A stretch of DNA of 64,000 nt from contig OZ250156.1 of the NCBI GenBank assembly GCA_965237745.1, positions 373,932-437,931 on the forward strand. The letters run 5' to 3'. Position 1 is the first letter of the stretch; every line of letters begins with the position of its first letter. Below are positions 26,219-34,891 of the stretch, in pieces. The DNA comes from Dehalococcoidia bacterium. Lineage in GTDB: Bacteria; Chloroflexota; Dehalococcoidia; Lucifugimonadales; UBA3495. Under the pieces are notes generated by a model. That model made no database searches and was not told where the DNA came from. It saw only the letters and a list, made by a program, of their open reading frames with translations. The position numbers were made by a program, and so were the translations under genes.

Positions 26219-27679
26219 ATGTATTACCCCACTCTGGAGCAGGTCAAGGCAAGGTCGCGGGAGGGCAACCTCGTGCCGGTCTACCGCTCAATTCACGCCG
26301 ACCTCGAGACGCCTGTGTCGGCCTATCTTAAAGTTGCGCGCGGCCCCTACTCATACCTGCTGGAGAGCGTGGAGGGCGGCGAGCGTCTGGGCCGTTACAG
26401 CTTCATCGGCACCGGCCCCTACAAGGTCATCACCACCGGCCCCGGACAGCTCGCCGGAGAGGTTGACCCGCTGACACTGGTGGAAGAGGAAATGTCCCGC
26501 CACAAGCTCATTCCCGTCGACGGGCTGCCGGGATTCCACGGGGGCGCCGTGGGCTATGTGGCCTACGACGCCATCCGCTACTTCGAACCGCGCGTACCCC
26601 CAATGCCAGCCGACCCTCAGGGCGTGCCGGAGTCGGTATTCATGTTCGGCGAGACCATCCTGATATTCGACCACCTGCGCCACGACATCAAGGTGGTGTC
26701 CCACGCCCGGCTGGACGGCTCCGGGTCTCAAGAAGTTGAGCAGGCCTACGCTGACGCCGTGACCCGCATCGATGAGATGGTGAATCTGCTGGCGCAACCC
26801 TTGGCATTGCCCGAGGAGTTGCAGCAGACCTCCGCCGTCTCTCCCAGCCCCATCGAGTCCAACTTCACAATCGACGGCTACGCTGAGGCCATCGAAAAGT
26901 GCGTCGAATACATCTATGCAGGCGACGTCATTCAAGTCGTCAACTCACAGCGGTTCTCCCGGCAGACCGGCGCGCATCCTTTCCAGATCTACCGGGCTCT
27001 GCGCAGCGTCAACCCATCACCGTATATGTACTATCTGGACCTCGACGGGTTCCAGATTGTCGGCGCGGCCATCGAGTCGGTGGTCAAGGTGGAAGACGGC
27101 ATAGCCTCCACTCACCCAATCGCCGGCACGCGGCCCCGGGGCGCCTCGCCCGGTGAGGACAATGCCAACGAGGCGGAGCTGAAGGGCAGCGAAAAGCAGC
27201 GAGCCGAACACGTCATGCTACTGGATCTGGGTCGCAACGACATCGGGCGGGTCAGCGACCCCGGCACGGTGGAGGTCACGAGGATGATGGAGGTGGAGCG
27301 CTTCTCCCATGTGATGCACCTCGTATCTCACGTCGAAGGGCGGCTGCGGAAGGACCTGACGCCCTACGACGCGCTGCGCTCCTGCTTCCCCGCCGGCACC
27401 GTCTCCGGCGCGCCCAAGATACGGGCCATGGAGATAATCGCCGAAATCGAGGGCGAAAAGCGCGGCCCGTATGGCGGCGCGGTTGGCTACTTCAGCTACT
27501 CGGGCGACATGGACACCGCCCTGGTCCTGCGCACCGGTATCTACAAGGACGGCACGATGTACGTACAGGCCGGAGGCGGCATCGTAGCCGACAGCGTGGC
27601 CGAGGACGAATACATGGAAACCAGGCACAAGGCCGGCGCCCTTATGCGGGCCATCGACGTGGCCGAGGCTGGATTCTAA
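26219..27679 (+). CDS. trpE: Anthranilate synthase component I
   Basis: MYYPTLEQVKAR...LLESVEGGERLGRYSFIG... and GGGIVADSV... are TrpE motifs. The track start at 26171 would lie inside the T-box/terminator, so the ATG at 26219 is preferred. Confidence 0.9.
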   Translation: MYYPTLEQVKARSREGNLVPVYRSIHADLETPVSAYLKVARGPYSYLLESVEGGERLGRYSFIGTGPYKVITTGPGQLAGEVDPLTLVEEEMSRHKLIPVDGLPGFHGGAVGYVAYDAIRYFEPRVPPMPADPQGVPESVFMFGETILIFDHLRHDIKVVSHARLDGSGSQEVEQAYADAVTRIDEMVNLLAQPLALPEELQQTSAVSPSPIESNFTIDGYAEAIEKCVEYIYAGDVIQVVNSQRFSRQTGAHPFQIYRALRSVNPSPYMYYLDLDGFQIVGAAIESVVKVEDGIASTHPIAGTRPRGASPGEDNANEAELKGSEKQRAEHVMLLDLGRNDIGRVSDPGTVEVTRMMEVERFSHVMHLVSHVEGRLRKDLTPYDALRSCFPAGTVSGAPKIRAMEIIAEIEGEKRGPYGGAVGYFSYSGDMDTALVLRTGIYKDGTMYVQAGGGIVADSVAEDEYMETRHKAGALMRAIDVAEAGF

Positions 27680-27704
27680 CGCTGTTCCCAATACGCCCGC
27701 GTTT

Positions 27705-27744
27705 TCCCTCTCCCTCTGGGGAGGGCCAGGGTGGGGCGTACCCC
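27705..27744. repeat. REP-B repeat copy (CCCTCTCCCTCTGGGGAGGG..AGGGTGGGGCG)
   Basis: ccctctccctctggggagggccagggtggggcgtacccc in the trpE-VOC spacer. Confidence 0.65.
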
Positions 27745-27777
27745 AGTCGACCCACAATCACAGAGGAGGATTCGACC

Positions 27778-28218
27778 GTGCTGAAATCATTTTTCCACAC
27801 CGGGTTCGTAGTCCAGGACATCGAGGAGTCAGTGCGCTTCTATTCGGAAATTCTGGGGATGCGCATAGCCGGGCGCACTGAACGGCAGGGCGAATTCGTA
27901 GAGCAGGTGCTGGCCTTCCCTGGCGCCCATATCAAGGGCGGCTTCGTAGACATGGGCGAGGGCCACCAGCTGGAGCTGGTCCAGTATTTGTCGCCCCGGA
28001 GCGGCCCGGGCAACATCGAGCGCAACGACCTCGGCGCGGCACACCTGGCCTTCTTCGTTGAGGACCTCGACCGCTTCTACGCCGACACCAGCGAGAAGGG
28101 CCTGCGCTACAACAACCCTCCCGCCTCGATGTTCTACGAGAGCGGGAGTCTGGCTCGCAAGGCCTGCTACGCCCAAGACCCCGACGGCAACTGGCTGGAG
28201 TTCGTCGAGCTGTTTTAG
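27778..28218 (+). CDS. VOC (glyoxalase/bleomycin-resistance/dioxygenase) family protein inserted in the trp operon
   Basis: GTG start after aggagg. FHTGFVVQDIEESVRFYSEILGM...HLAFFVEDLD...DPDGNWLEFVE is a VOC pattern. Confidence 0.8.
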   Translation: MLKSFFHTGFVVQDIEESVRFYSEILGMRIAGRTERQGEFVEQVLAFPGAHIKGGFVDMGEGHQLELVQYLSPRSGPGNIERNDLGAAHLAFFVEDLDRFYADTSEKGLRYNNPPASMFYESGSLARKACYAQDPDGNWLEFVELF

Positions 28219-28232
28219 CCGGGCCCCGGGTG

Positions 28233-28254
28233 GGGGCGCACAGCCAGGCGCCCC
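28233..28254. repeat. REP-A repeat copy (imperfect)
   Basis: gggggcgcacagccaggcgcccc. Confidence 0.55.
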
Positions 28255-28289
28255 ACGCCCCCGCTTTTGGAACCACTCTCATTCCGGCA

Positions 28290-28314
28290 GACAGGGCGCA
28301 CGGCTGTGCGCCCC
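28290..28314. repeat. REP-A repeat copy
   Basis: gacagggcgcacggctgtgcgcccc, the same extended sequence as 9081-9105. Confidence 0.7.
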
Positions 28315-28344
28315 ACGAGATAGCCAAGGCGCTGTGAGGAAGCC

Positions 28345-28938
28345 ATGCTGCTACTGATCGACAACTACGACAGCTTTACCTATAACCTCTACCAGTACCT
28401 GACCGAGCTGGGAGCCGAGGTGGATACCCACCGCAACGATAAGATCACCTTGGACGAGATCGAGGAGATGGCCCCCGATGGCATCGTCATCTCGCCGGGC
28501 CCCTGCACGCCGATGGAGGCGGGCATTTCCAACGACACCATCCGCCGCTTCGGAGCAACAGTGCCAACCCTGGGCGTCTGCCTGGGGCACCAGTGCGTTG
28601 GATACGTTTACGGTGCGCGGGTGGACCGAGCAGGGGAAATTCGCCACGGGAAAACCTCGATGATCCATCACAACGGCGCGGGCGTGCTGCACGGCCTGCC
28701 CAACCCCTTCGAGGCCATCCGCTACCACTCCCTGGTGATCTACCCAGAAACGGTCCCAGACACGCTGGAGGTCACCGCCCGCTCGGAGAACGGCCTGATC
28801 ATGGGCATCCGCCACAAGGAGCACCCTGTGGAGGGCATCCAGTTCCACCCGGAGTCCATAATGACCCCAGACGGCAAGGCCCTGCTGCAAAATTACCTCG
28901 ACCAAGTCGCCGCGTACGGCAAACCGGAGGCGCGATGA
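28345..28938 (+). CDS. trpG: Anthranilate synthase component II (glutamine amidotransferase)
   Basis: MLLLIDNYDSFTYNLYQYL...GVCLGHQ...IRYHSL...GIQFHPES is the class-I GATase TrpG/PabA pattern. Confidence 0.9.
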   Translation: MLLLIDNYDSFTYNLYQYLTELGAEVDTHRNDKITLDEIEEMAPDGIVISPGPCTPMEAGISNDTIRRFGATVPTLGVCLGHQCVGYVYGARVDRAGEIRHGKTSMIHHNGAGVLHGLPNPFEAIRYHSLVIYPETVPDTLEVTARSENGLIMGIRHKEHPVEGIQFHPESIMTPDGKALLQNYLDQVAAYGKPEAR

Positions 28939-29108
28939 GTGCCAAGGATGAGATATTGGAACCTATGGCAGAGTTGCCCGACGGACTCACAGTTGACGAA
29001 GCGCTGCAACAGCTACAACCGATTTACAACGTTCAACAGGGACTGGGAGAAACCGAGCGACGAGAGCCGGTTTCTCATGACGCGGCCAAGCAGATGATTG
29101 ACAAGTAG
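28935..29108 (+). CDS. Small antitoxin-like protein (paralogue of 29261..29455), start overlapping the trpG stop (ATGA)
   Basis: MSAKDEILEPMAELPDGLTVDEALQQLQPIYNVQQGL...SHDAAKQMIDK aligns with MTIKEEIIKLMQELPDE...IEQAMDRLYLLYRIERGE...PHEEVRRRI. Confidence 0.45.
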   Translation: MSAKDEILEPMAELPDGLTVDEALQQLQPIYNVQQGLGETERREPVSHDAAKQMIDK

Positions 29109-29116
29109 CTACAGTA

Positions 29117-29230
29117 ATGTGGACAAGGCGAAGGGTAAGTCATCTGAACGAGATTCGGCGCCATCTGGCTTATGATTCAACATATTACGGCAGTTCCATT
29201 GTTGGGCGCATATGCCGGTGGCTTGAATGA
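29117..29230 (+). pseudogene. Truncated ParE/RelE-family toxin remnant (37 codons)
   Basis: MWTRRRVSHLNEIRRHLAYDSTYYGSSIVGRICRWLE* aligns with the first ~38 aa of the intact toxin at 29443 (VVWTPDSLDDLYRIEIDASRYSRNYATTVGNRIYDAVQ). Confidence 0.5.
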
Positions 29231-29260
29231 CCCCCATAGTCGGAGGGCGAGGAAACGACA

Positions 29261-29455
29261 ATGACAATAAAAGAGGAAATTATCAAGCTAATGCAGGAAC
29301 TCCCAGATGAAGCTCCGGCAGGAGAGACCATCGAACAGGCGATGGACCGGCTTTATTTGCTCTATAGAATCGAGCGGGGAGAGCAACAGATCGCAGAGGG
29401 GAGGGGAATCCCACATGAAGAGGTGCGTCGACGGATAGCTCAATGGCGGAAGTAG
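29261..29455 (+). CDS. Antitoxin-like protein of the ParE cassette
   Basis: 64 aa, overlaps the toxin start by 13 nt and has a paralogue at 28935. Confidence 0.5.
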   Translation: MTIKEEIIKLMQELPDEAPAGETIEQAMDRLYLLYRIERGEQQIAEGRGIPHEEVRRRIAQWRK

Positions 29456-29739
29456 TCTGGACACCGGACTCCCTTGATGACCTGTATAGGATTGAAATTG
29501 ATGCATCACGGTACTCAAGAAACTACGCCACTACCGTAGGTAACAGGATTTACGACGCAGTTCAGTTACTTTCAGACTTTCCTGAGATGGGTCGCTGGGT
29601 GCCTGGGTTCCGCTCGCGGGATATTCGGCAATTGATCGCAAGAAACCACTTGGTCTTTTACAGATTAGCGGGCGACGAAGTGCTGATTTTGGCAATAGTG
29701 GGCGGTGGGCAGGATATACCAGAATCCAATTTCTTGTAA
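29443..29739 (+). CDS. parE: ParE/RelE-family type II toxin
   Basis: 98 aa. VVWTPDSLDDLYRI...LLSDFPEMGRWVPGFRSRDIRQLIARNHLVFYRLAGDEVLILAIVGGGQD matches the ParE plasmid-stabilisation toxin pattern. Confidence 0.65.
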   Translation: MAEVVWTPDSLDDLYRIEIDASRYSRNYATTVGNRIYDAVQLLSDFPEMGRWVPGFRSRDIRQLIARNHLVFYRLAGDEVLILAIVGGGQDIPESNFL

Positions 29740-29786
29740 TCGCAACTCTCATATATTCAGATACCCTCTGACCGGAGCAACAAAAA

Positions 29787-30806
29787 GTGGACATACGTGA
29801 AGCGATAGACGTGGTTGTATCAGGCCAGTCGCTGACCATGGAGCAGGCGGCCGCGGTGATGCGGCAGATCATGCAGGGCGAGGCGACACCGGCGCAGTTG
29901 GGTTCCTTCCTGACCGCCTTGAGACTCAAGGGCGAGTCCACCGAGGAGATCGCGGGCATGGCTACGGTCATGCGCGAGTTTTCGCTCAAGGTCAATGTCG
30001 CCGGGTTGCTGGTGGACTCAGTGGGCACCGGGGGCGACGGCTCCAACACCTTCAACATCTCCACAGCCGCCGCGCTGGTGGCCGCCGGTGCCGGAGTCCG
30101 GGTGGCCAAGCACGGCAACCGTGCCGCCTCTGGAAGCTGCGGCGCTGCCGATGTGCTGGAGGCCCTCGGCGTGCGCATCGAACTGCCGCCCGAGGGCGTC
30201 GAACGCTGCATCAACGAGGGGGGCATCGGGTTCATGTTCGCCCAGGCCTTCCACCCCTCCATGCGCCACGCCGGGCCGGTGCGCCGCGAGATCGGCATCC
30301 GCACCGTCTTCAACATCCTTGGTCCGCTGACCAACCCTGCCGCCGCCCAGCGCCAGCTAATCGGCGTGGCCTTCCCCCAACTGGGCGAGAAAATGGCCGA
30401 GGTTATGCGACTGCTCGGCTCGGAGCGCACCCTGGTGGTTCACGGCGCAGGGGGGCTGGATGAAATCGCACTGGACGGCGACACAACCGTCTGGGAACTC
30501 CGCGACGGAGACGTGGAAAGCTGGACGTTCAGTCCCGATGAAACGGGTCTGGGCCGCTGGAGCATCGACGACCTGCGAGGCGGAGACCGCGAAGCCAACG
30601 CCGCGACGATGCTCCGTCTGCTGGCAGGTGAGGAAGGCCCCATTCGCGACGCCGTCCTGCTCAACACCGCCGGTGTCCTGCTGGCCGCCGGTGCGACAGG
30701 CAGCATCCCCGAGGGCATCCAGACCGCCGCCCAAGCCATAGACAGCGGCGCCGCCCGCCAACGGCTCGACGCGCTGGTGGAACTGAGCAACGTGGAGGCG
30801 CGGTGA
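29787..30806 (+). CDS. trpD: Anthranilate phosphoribosyltransferase
   Basis: GTG start. ...ATPAQLGSFLTALRLKGES.EEI...VDSVGTGGDGSNTFNISTAAA...KHGNRAASGSCGAADVLEALG. Confidence 0.92.
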   Translation: MDIREAIDVVVSGQSLTMEQAAAVMRQIMQGEATPAQLGSFLTALRLKGESTEEIAGMATVMREFSLKVNVAGLLVDSVGTGGDGSNTFNISTAAALVAAGAGVRVAKHGNRAASGSCGAADVLEALGVRIELPPEGVERCINEGGIGFMFAQAFHPSMRHAGPVRREIGIRTVFNILGPLTNPAAAQRQLIGVAFPQLGEKMAEVMRLLGSERTLVVHGAGGLDEIALDGDTTVWELRDGDVESWTFSPDETGLGRWSIDDLRGGDREANAATMLRLLAGEEGPIRDAVLLNTAGVLLAAGATGSIPEGIQTAAQAIDSGAARQRLDALVELSNVEAR

Positions 30807-31066
30807 CCGGCCAACCAATCAGGTTTACGGCTCACGCGCTTGACAAACTTAAGGAGGAAAAGGAGAGGGGTTTCGATGTGGACGAAGAACTCGCAACAGA
30901 GATTTTGCTGCGTCCCTCTCAGGTGGTTCCGGCTCGAGCCGGACGAAAATTCGCGCAATCTCCAATAGACGAAAGGCATCTCCTGCGCGTCTTGTTTGAG
31001 GAAGAATCTGCCGGATTAGTTATAATCACCGTATACATCGGCGCCAGGAAGCAATATGAGATTTAA
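30803..31066 (+). CDS. DUF4258-family toxin-like protein, start overlapping the trpD stop (GTGA)
   Basis: IRFTAHALDKLKE...GRKFAQSPIDERHLLRVLFEEESAGLVIITVY fits DUF4258. Confidence 0.65.
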   Translation: MTGQPIRFTAHALDKLKEEKERGFDVDEELATEILLRPSQVVPARAGRKFAQSPIDERHLLRVLFEEESAGLVIITVYIGARKQYEI

Positions 31067-31538
31067 GTACAGCCCCGAAGTCGATATTTTAATGGCCTAC
31101 ATAGCGGAAGAGACTTTCACTTATGGTGAAGACAACGAGGGCGTGATCGTCCATCACAGTGTGGACGGCAAACCCCTGCTCTTGGAAATTCTGAACGCCA
31201 AGCAGTTCGTAATGTTCGCCAATGCCAGCTTGGTAACAGGCCAAGAGATAACAAACCCGGATGTGCCGGACGTGCCCTACACCAAGGAGCGCGATGTTTC
31301 AATTCGCCTCATTCCAAACGGCGATGCCGATTTAAGGTTCAAATACAGCCCAGACACCGACACCCTCACGGTGAAGTTTGGAGAAGGGGCGTCAGATTTC
31401 TGCCGTCAGAACCATGAAGTAGCGGTCAACTACGACCACAACGAACTGCCAACGGGCTTGAAAATTGCGAAGGCCCGGCAATTCGTACTGGGAGCTATAC
31501 AAAGCGTGCTGCTCCAAGAAGAGGTGAGCGTTGCCTGA
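31056..31538 (+). CDS. Tandem double DUF2283 antitoxin-like protein
   Basis: There are two DUF2283-like halves, MRFKYSPEVDILMAYI...LLLEILNAKQF and DLRFKYSPDTDTLTVKFGEG...GLKIAKARQF. The gene overlaps DUF4258 by 11 nt, and its stop (31536-38) abuts the trpC start. Confidence 0.65.
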   Translation: MRFKYSPEVDILMAYIAEETFTYGEDNEGVIVHHSVDGKPLLLEILNAKQFVMFANASLVTGQEITNPDVPDVPYTKERDVSIRLIPNGDADLRFKYSPDTDTLTVKFGEGASDFCRQNHEVAVNYDHNELPTGLKIAKARQFVLGAIQSVLLQEEVSVA

Positions 31539-32364
31539 TATGCCCAGCATTCTCGACGAAATCGTGGCCGCCAAGCGCGTGGAACTGGCCGAAGCCAAGC
31601 AGGCCGCGCCCTTGGCGTCGGTGGAACAGGCCGCCTCGGAACAGCCTCGGCCGCTGAACCTGTCTGGCGCGCTCATCGGCGGCGGCATACGGCTGATCGC
31701 CGAGGTGAAGAAGGCCTCGCCATCCCGCGGGCTGCTGTCCCCCGACTTCGACCCGGTGCGGCTGACCGAGACCTACGTGGCCAACGGCGCGGCGGCAGTA
31801 TCGTGTCTCACTGACGCTCGCTTCCAAGGGGAGCTGGCCCACCTGTCCGCCATCAAGCAGAGTGGCGCATCGGGCCGCGCTCCAGTGTTGCGCAAAGACT
31901 TCATTTTCGACCCCTACCAGGTCCACGAGGCCCGCGCCGCCGGAGCTGACGGCATCCTGCTCATCGTGGCCATCCTGGAGCCGCCGCTGCTGCGGGAATT
32001 GTTGGCGACGGCACAGTCCATCTGGATGCAGTGCTTGGTCGAGGTCCACGACGAGGGCGAGATGGAGACCGCACTCGAAGCGGGCGCGGAGATCATCGGC
32101 ATCAACAACCGTGACCTGCGCACCTTCACCACAGACCTGTCCGTAACCCATCGCTTGGCCCCGCTGGTCCCCCGGGGCAAGGTGATGGTCAGCGAGAGCG
32201 GCATCTTCACTCGCGATGACCTGCTCCTGCTCAACCGTCATCACGTCAACGCCGCGCTGGTAGGGGAGGCCTTGGTCACCGCCCCCGACGTTGCCGCCAA
32301 GGTGCGCGAGCTGTCGGGCCAGCGCGAGCCTTCCCATTCCCCCCTCCCTCCGGAGGAGTGCTAG
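31531..32364 (+). CDS. trpC: Indole-3-glycerol phosphate synthase
   Basis: ILDEIVAAKRVEL..., IAEVKKASPSRG, VLRKDFIFDPYQV.EARAAGADGILLIV and IGINNRDLRTF are TrpC motifs. The start is the TTG at 31531 or, more likely, the ATG at 31540. Confidence 0.92.
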   Translation: MPDMPSILDEIVAAKRVELAEAKQAAPLASVEQAASEQPRPLNLSGALIGGGIRLIAEVKKASPSRGLLSPDFDPVRLTETYVANGAAAVSCLTDARFQGELAHLSAIKQSGASGRAPVLRKDFIFDPYQVHEARAAGADGILLIVAILEPPLLRELLATAQSIWMQCLVEVHDEGEMETALEAGAEIIGINNRDLRTFTTDLSVTHRLAPLVPRGKVMVSESGIFTRDDLLLLNRHHVNAALVGEALVTAPDVAAKVRELSGQREPSHSPLPPEEC

Positions 32365-32379
32365 GGTGGGGGCGTCTCG
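32332..32379. repeat. REP-B repeat copy overlapping the trpC 3' end
   Basis: ttcccattcccccctccctccggaggagtgctagggtgggggcgtctc. The last ~10 codons of trpC (SHSPLPPEEC*) are encoded by the repeat. Confidence 0.6.
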
Positions 32380-32382
32380 AGC

Positions 32383-33060
32383 ATGATACGAGTCAAGATC
32401 TGCGGCATTGGCACTCCCGCCGATGCCCGCGTGGCCGCGGAGTCCGGGGCCGACTTCATCGGCATGGTCTTCGTGCCGGAGCGCCACCGCCGCATCACGC
32501 CCGACGACGCAAGGGAGATCATTGACGCAGTGCGGGAACTGGACGGCCCAGCGCCCCGAATGGTGGGACTGTTCGCGGACCAGCCGCTGGAGGAGGTCAA
32601 CGAGACCATCGCCCACTGCGGCTTGGATGCAGTGCAGCTATGCGGCCGTGAGAGCGTGGAATTCACGGATGGTGTCGAGAGCCAAGTCATCAAGGTCGTC
32701 CACGTTCCGGCGTCCTATCGCGCCCCCGGCGACGTGCCGCTACTGGCGCATCGGGTGCAGGAATACGCGGATACCGGCTGCCTGGTCACGCTGGACCGGC
32801 TGGTGGAGGGCATCCAGGGCGGCACCGGTCAGAGCTTCAACCTCGACGTGGCGGCGTCGCTGGCCCGGAGGGGCAACGACTTTCTGCTGGCTGGCGGCCT
32901 CACTCCCGCCAGCGTGGGCCGCATCATCAGCGCCGTAAGGCCCTGGGGCGTGGACGTTTCCAGCGGCGTGGAGACTCTCGGCAAAAAGGACCGCCGCAAG
33001 ATCCAGCGGTTTATCAGCAGCGCCAGAGATACCGACGCCGCCCTCAGCGGCTCAGCCTGA
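32383..33060 (+). CDS. trpF: Phosphoribosylanthranilate isomerase
   Basis: MIRVKICGI....DA..AAESGADFIGMVF...S.R.I is a TrpF pattern (225 aa). Confidence 0.88.
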   Translation: MIRVKICGIGTPADARVAAESGADFIGMVFVPERHRRITPDDAREIIDAVRELDGPAPRMVGLFADQPLEEVNETIAHCGLDAVQLCGRESVEFTDGVESQVIKVVHVPASYRAPGDVPLLAHRVQEYADTGCLVTLDRLVEGIQGGTGQSFNLDVAASLARRGNDFLLAGGLTPASVGRIISAVRPWGVDVSSGVETLGKKDRRKIQRFISSARDTDAALSGSA

Positions 33061-33070
33061 CCCGGTATCA

Positions 33071-33110
33071 TTCCCTCTTCCTGTGGGGGAGGGCTAGGGT
33101 GGGGCGTCTC
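33071..33110. repeat. REP-B repeat copy
   Basis: ttccctcttcctgtgggggagggctagggtggggcgtctc in the trpF-trpB spacer. Confidence 0.65.
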
Positions 33111-33151
33111 CGGTCAAGACCATTTACACCTATCACCGGGTCTATTCACAA

Positions 33152-34378
33152 ATGAACGGACGGAAAACGATGGCGACTCAACCTACGGCAGTATTCCCCG
33201 ACGATAATGGCCGATTCGGCGACTTCGGCGGCAAGTTCATCCCTGAAACGTTGATGGCGGCCGTGGCCGAGTTGGAGGAAGCCTACAACCGCGTCAAATT
33301 CGACGAGGATTTCCAGGCGCGGCTGGGCAAACTGCTGGCGACCTACGTGGGGCGCCCGACGCCGCTCTACTACGCCGAGAGCCTCTCGCGGCGCTTGGGC
33401 GGCGCGAAGATATACCTGAAGCGCGAAGACCTGGCCCACACCGGCGCTCACAAAATCAACAACGCCCTGGGGCAGGCCCTGCTGGCCCAGACAATGAGCA
33501 AGCAGCGCATCATCGCAGAGACCGGCGCGGGACAACATGGTGTCGCCGCGGCCACCGCCTGCGCCATGCTGGGCTTGGAGTGCATCGTCTACATGGGTGA
33601 GGAGGACATCCGCCGCCAATCCCTTAACGTCTTCCGTATGAGGCTGCTGGAGGCCGAGGTTATTTCCGTCGAGTCGGGAACCCGGACACTGAAGGACGCC
33701 ATCAACGAGGCCATCCGCGACTGGGTCACCAACGTCGAGACCACCCACTACCTCATCGGCAGCGTGGTCGGTCCCCACCCCTACCCGGTCATGGTGCGCG
33801 ACTTCCAGAATGTCATCGGGCGCGAGACGCGGGCGCAGATCCTGGACGCCGAGGGGCGCCTGCCCGACTACGTTATGGCCTGCGTCGGCGGGGGCAGCAA
33901 CGCCATGGGCACTTTCCACACCTTCGTCCCCGACGAGGACGTGCGTTTGGTGGGGTTGGAGGCCGGCGGCAAGGGCCTGGACTCCGGCGAACACTCGGCA
34001 ACGCTCACCGCCGGGCGTCCGGGCGTGCTTCACGGCGCGATGTCCTACCTGTTGCAGGACGAGGACGGCCAAGTCAGTCCGGCCCACAGCATCTCGGCGG
34101 GGCTGGACTACCCCGGAGTAGGCCCGGAGCACAGCTACCTGAAGGACTCGGGCCGCGCCGAATACCGCGAGGTAACCGACCCGCAGGCGCTGGAGGGGTT
34201 CCACCTCCTCTGCCGCACCGAGGGCATCATCCCGGCCCTCGAATCGGCCCACGCCATCTACGGCGCAGCGGAACTCGCACCCAAGCTCCCGCAGGACAGC
34301 ATCATCGTCGTCTGCCTAAGCGGCCGCGGCGACAAGGACATCGGAATAGTCGCGGAGGCAGAGAACATCGAGCTTTAG
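33152..34378 (+). CDS. trpB: Tryptophan synthase beta chain (TrpB1 type)
   Basis: [49 protein letters not shown] and SGRGDKD are TrpB motifs. An alternative start is the ATG at 33170. Confidence 0.93.
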   Translation: MNGRKTMATQPTAVFPDDNGRFGDFGGKFIPETLMAAVAELEEAYNRVKFDEDFQARLGKLLATYVGRPTPLYYAESLSRRLGGAKIYLKREDLAHTGAHKINNALGQALLAQTMSKQRIIAETGAGQHGVAAATACAMLGLECIVYMGEEDIRRQSLNVFRMRLLEAEVISVESGTRTLKDAINEAIRDWVTNVETTHYLIGSVVGPHPYPVMVRDFQNVIGRETRAQILDAEGRLPDYVMACVGGGSNAMGTFHTFVPDEDVRLVGLEAGGKGLDSGEHSATLTAGRPGVLHGAMSYLLQDEDGQVSPAHSISAGLDYPGVGPEHSYLKDSGRAEYREVTDPQALEGFHLLCRTEGIIPALESAHAIYGAAELAPKLPQDSIIVVCLSGRGDKDIGIVAEAENIEL

Positions 34379-34542
34379 GTACAGGACCATCACCAAATTA
34401 CGCGACGCACCCAATCCAGCCTCTCATCGCACTGACACTTGGGCCTTTACGCCAAGCCCAAGGTCATTGACAATTTACTGTATGCTGCCGTTGCAAACGG
34501 CAAAGTCCGCCCACACCGCAAGGACACAAATTGAGGAACAGT

Positions 34543-34848
34543 ATGCAGGCCAGAATCAAGCCAGACCTGTGGTATCATCGGCCCGGATATCTCAAAATCG
34601 GGTTGGTGGAGGGAGAGGCCGTAGTAACCGCCTTGGGGAACGACGTGGAAATCATCAAGGTAATAGGCGGCAAGCGTTTCCAGGCTCTGGTTCCGACAGC
34701 ATCCCTCGGAGAGAACATGGGCTACGTACCCGCGGCCTACGCGGGTAAGGTCGGTGACAAAATCATTTTATATCTGCCAACCAGCAACGATGGCAGACCC
34801 ACTTGGGAAATTGACGAGTCCGCCCTGAAGAATATCCTGGTCGAGTAA
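34543..34848 (+). CDS. Hypothetical small protein (101 aa) upstream of the dcd-like gene
   Basis: ATG preceded by gaggaa. AT-rich islet immediately after trpB. No family recognised. Confidence 0.4.
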   Translation: MQARIKPDLWYHRPGYLKIGLVEGEAVVTALGNDVEIIKVIGGKRFQALVPTASLGENMGYVPAAYAGKVGDKIILYLPTSNDGRPTWEIDESALKNILVE

Positions 34849-34891
34849 TCGGGCAAACCAGCCCGAAGCCGCCGCTGTAAGGGATCCGAGT

